The notes beneath the pieces were generated by a model. It was not told the origin of the DNA. It ran no database searches and saw nothing but the letters and a program-made list of their open reading frames with translations. From Eledone cirrhosa (Eukaryota), in contig OZ024743.1 in NCBI GenBank assembly GCA_964016885.1, positions 222,146,001 to 222,210,000 of the forward strand: 64,000 nt of DNA. The letters are read 5' to 3'. Below are positions 61,872-64,000 of this stretch, in pieces. How positions within the stretch are numbered: the stretch's first letter is position 1; each line of letters begins with the position of its first letter. The position numbers and the translations under genes are program-made.

Positions 61872-63178
61872 CAGGGTGTGGACGATATTGGTTCGCAATT
61901 TTCAACTGCTAATTTTATGCAAATTTTTTTTACTTCCGTTGTCACTCTTGTCTTCATAAAAACAGTGACTATATTTCCATTATTTATTTTTCAGAATAAT
62001 TGATTATGAATAATTTTGAACCTCCAAATTTGTGGAAGAGACACGGAGTTCTTCTTGGAATCTGCGTCGGGAGGACAAATAAGGAAATTTCAGACTTTCT
62101 CAGCGTCAGCAGGAGAATGGTGGAAAAGGTCAGAAAGGATTTGGAAGATTCAGGATTCGACTACGAAGCAACATCAGAAAGGAAAACACATGATCGACGA
62201 TCTGACGCCTTCAGAACGCTCGAGTTCGTCACTGAAGTTCAGGATATCATCAACAATGAACCTAGCAAGTCGATGCGTGTCATTGCAAGGGAGAAAGGCG
62301 TGGATGAAAAGCTCATTAGGCTGGTGGTACATGAAGACATTCGCTACGTTTCATACAAGATCAGGAAAGGACAATTTCTGTCAAAGGCGATGCAAGAAAA
62401 GCGACTGAAGCACGCAAAGAAGCTGATCAACAAGTTGAAACACCCACTGGAGCCAGACATGCTGTGGTTTTTCTCCGACGAGAAAAACTTCTACCAAGAC
62501 CAGAAGATCAACTCCCAGAACAACAGGTGGCTTGCTGTCTTATCCAAAGACGTGCCCAGAGTCATGCAGACAAAGTTTCCAGCGACAACATTGGTCTTAG
62601 ATGTCGTCAGCAGTCAAAGTGACGTCATGCCATCTCACTTCTTCCCTGAGGGCCTCAAGCTGAACACCGATGGCTACATCTGCATTCTGAGTGAGGTAGT
62701 AAAGCCCTGGATCGACCAGGTAGCTGCAGGTAAGCTGTATGTGTGGCAGCAAGACTCAGCGCCCTGCCATACCAGCCGAAAGACCCAAGCCTGTCTATCA
62801 GAGAACTTCGTCGACCACACTTCACCTGACATCTGGCCTCCCAGCTCGCCTGACTGCAACCCCTCGACTTCTTTGTGTGGGGCGCAGTGGAACGAGACAC
62901 CAACAGATCTAGCTGCAATACGAAAGACGATCTGAAGGCCAGGATCACAACTGCCTTTAGGGGCCTAAGTCGGGGGACAGTGACGAAGGCCTGTAGCCGG
63001 TTCCGAGGCCGCCTTGAGGCCGTCATCAAAGCCAATGGTGGGTTTATCGAGTGAGATGATCGAAAGAACAAGTCATGAAGACAAACTGACCCAAGTTTGA
63101 TAAATATATCTTAAAAAATAGAACTACTGTGTTATTTTTTCCTAGACAGTAATCTTGCGAACAAATATCGTCCACACC

Positions 63179-63181
<3 letters not shown>
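61872..63181 (+). mobile_element. Full-length Tc1/mariner transposon, DD37D (maT) family
   Basis: TIRs cagggtgtggacgatatt(g/t)gttcgcaa, TA flanks, 1310 bp. Confidence 0.95.
62006..63054 (+). pseudogene. DD37D transposase with a single 1-nt deletion near 62862
   Basis: WFFSDEK, WQQDSAPCH, WPPSSPDCNP(L)DFFVWG. Restoring one C gives 37 residues between the 2nd and 3rd Asp and a C-terminus ...[11 protein letters not shown]. Confidence 0.9.
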
Positions 63182-63234
<53 letters not shown>

Positions 63235-63254
63235 TTATATATATACATATATAT

Positions 63255-63791
<537 letters not shown>

Positions 63792-63873
63792 TATTGTTCT
63801 GCAACCCCATGCATTGAACCACAATGTTACTAAGACAAAACCTATATATTTGCTAGCATTGATAATATTAATT

Positions 63874-63913
<40 letters not shown>

Positions 63914-63924
63914 TTAATGTAGAT

Positions 63925-63977
63925 GAGATTCTACAGGACTAGAACTGTTTCATTCTTTAGAAATCATCAGGAATCTC
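63925..63977 (-). ncRNA. Type I hammerhead ribozyme, intact core
   Basis: rc: GAGATTC-CTGATGA-T TTC TAAA GAA T-GAAA-CAG ttctagtc CT-GTA-GAATCTC; perfect 7-bp stem I, 4-bp stem III, GUA cleavage triplet. Confidence 0.82.
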
Positions 63978-64000
63978 TTACTTACTGTGGTTACCTCCGA

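Overview
AT-rich, microsatellite- and retroposon-dense eukaryotic DNA. The SINE families, RTE tails and (TA)n/(GAT)n content suggest an octopus or other cephalopod; this is an inference. Three host genes can be reconstructed by hand. (1) An intronless class A GPCR (+, 1995-3098). (2) A five-coding-exon, 299-aa cytosolic sulfotransferase-fold gene (-, 27335-7008) with an intact ORF in which the PAPS-binding motifs are systematically substituted, making it a candidate pseudoenzyme. (3) The 3' part of a FAM227 (FWWh-domain) gene (-, 60559-48811) whose last intron is a U12-type AT-AC intron. An ~8.4 kb array of a 48-bp unit, derived from a retroposon tail, fills sulfotransferase intron 3 and produces all the long repetitive 'ORFs', which are spurious. 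The mobile DNA includes CR1-like, RTE and Tx1/L1 LINEs, a near-intact DD37D (maT) transposon, hAT/piggyBac/Tc1 MITEs and many SINEs. Several type I hammerhead ribozyme motifs of the Penelope/retrozyme type were found by reading the sequence, most sharing an unusual U-U opposition at the base of stem II. There is no CRISPR array, rRNA or convincing tRNA gene.
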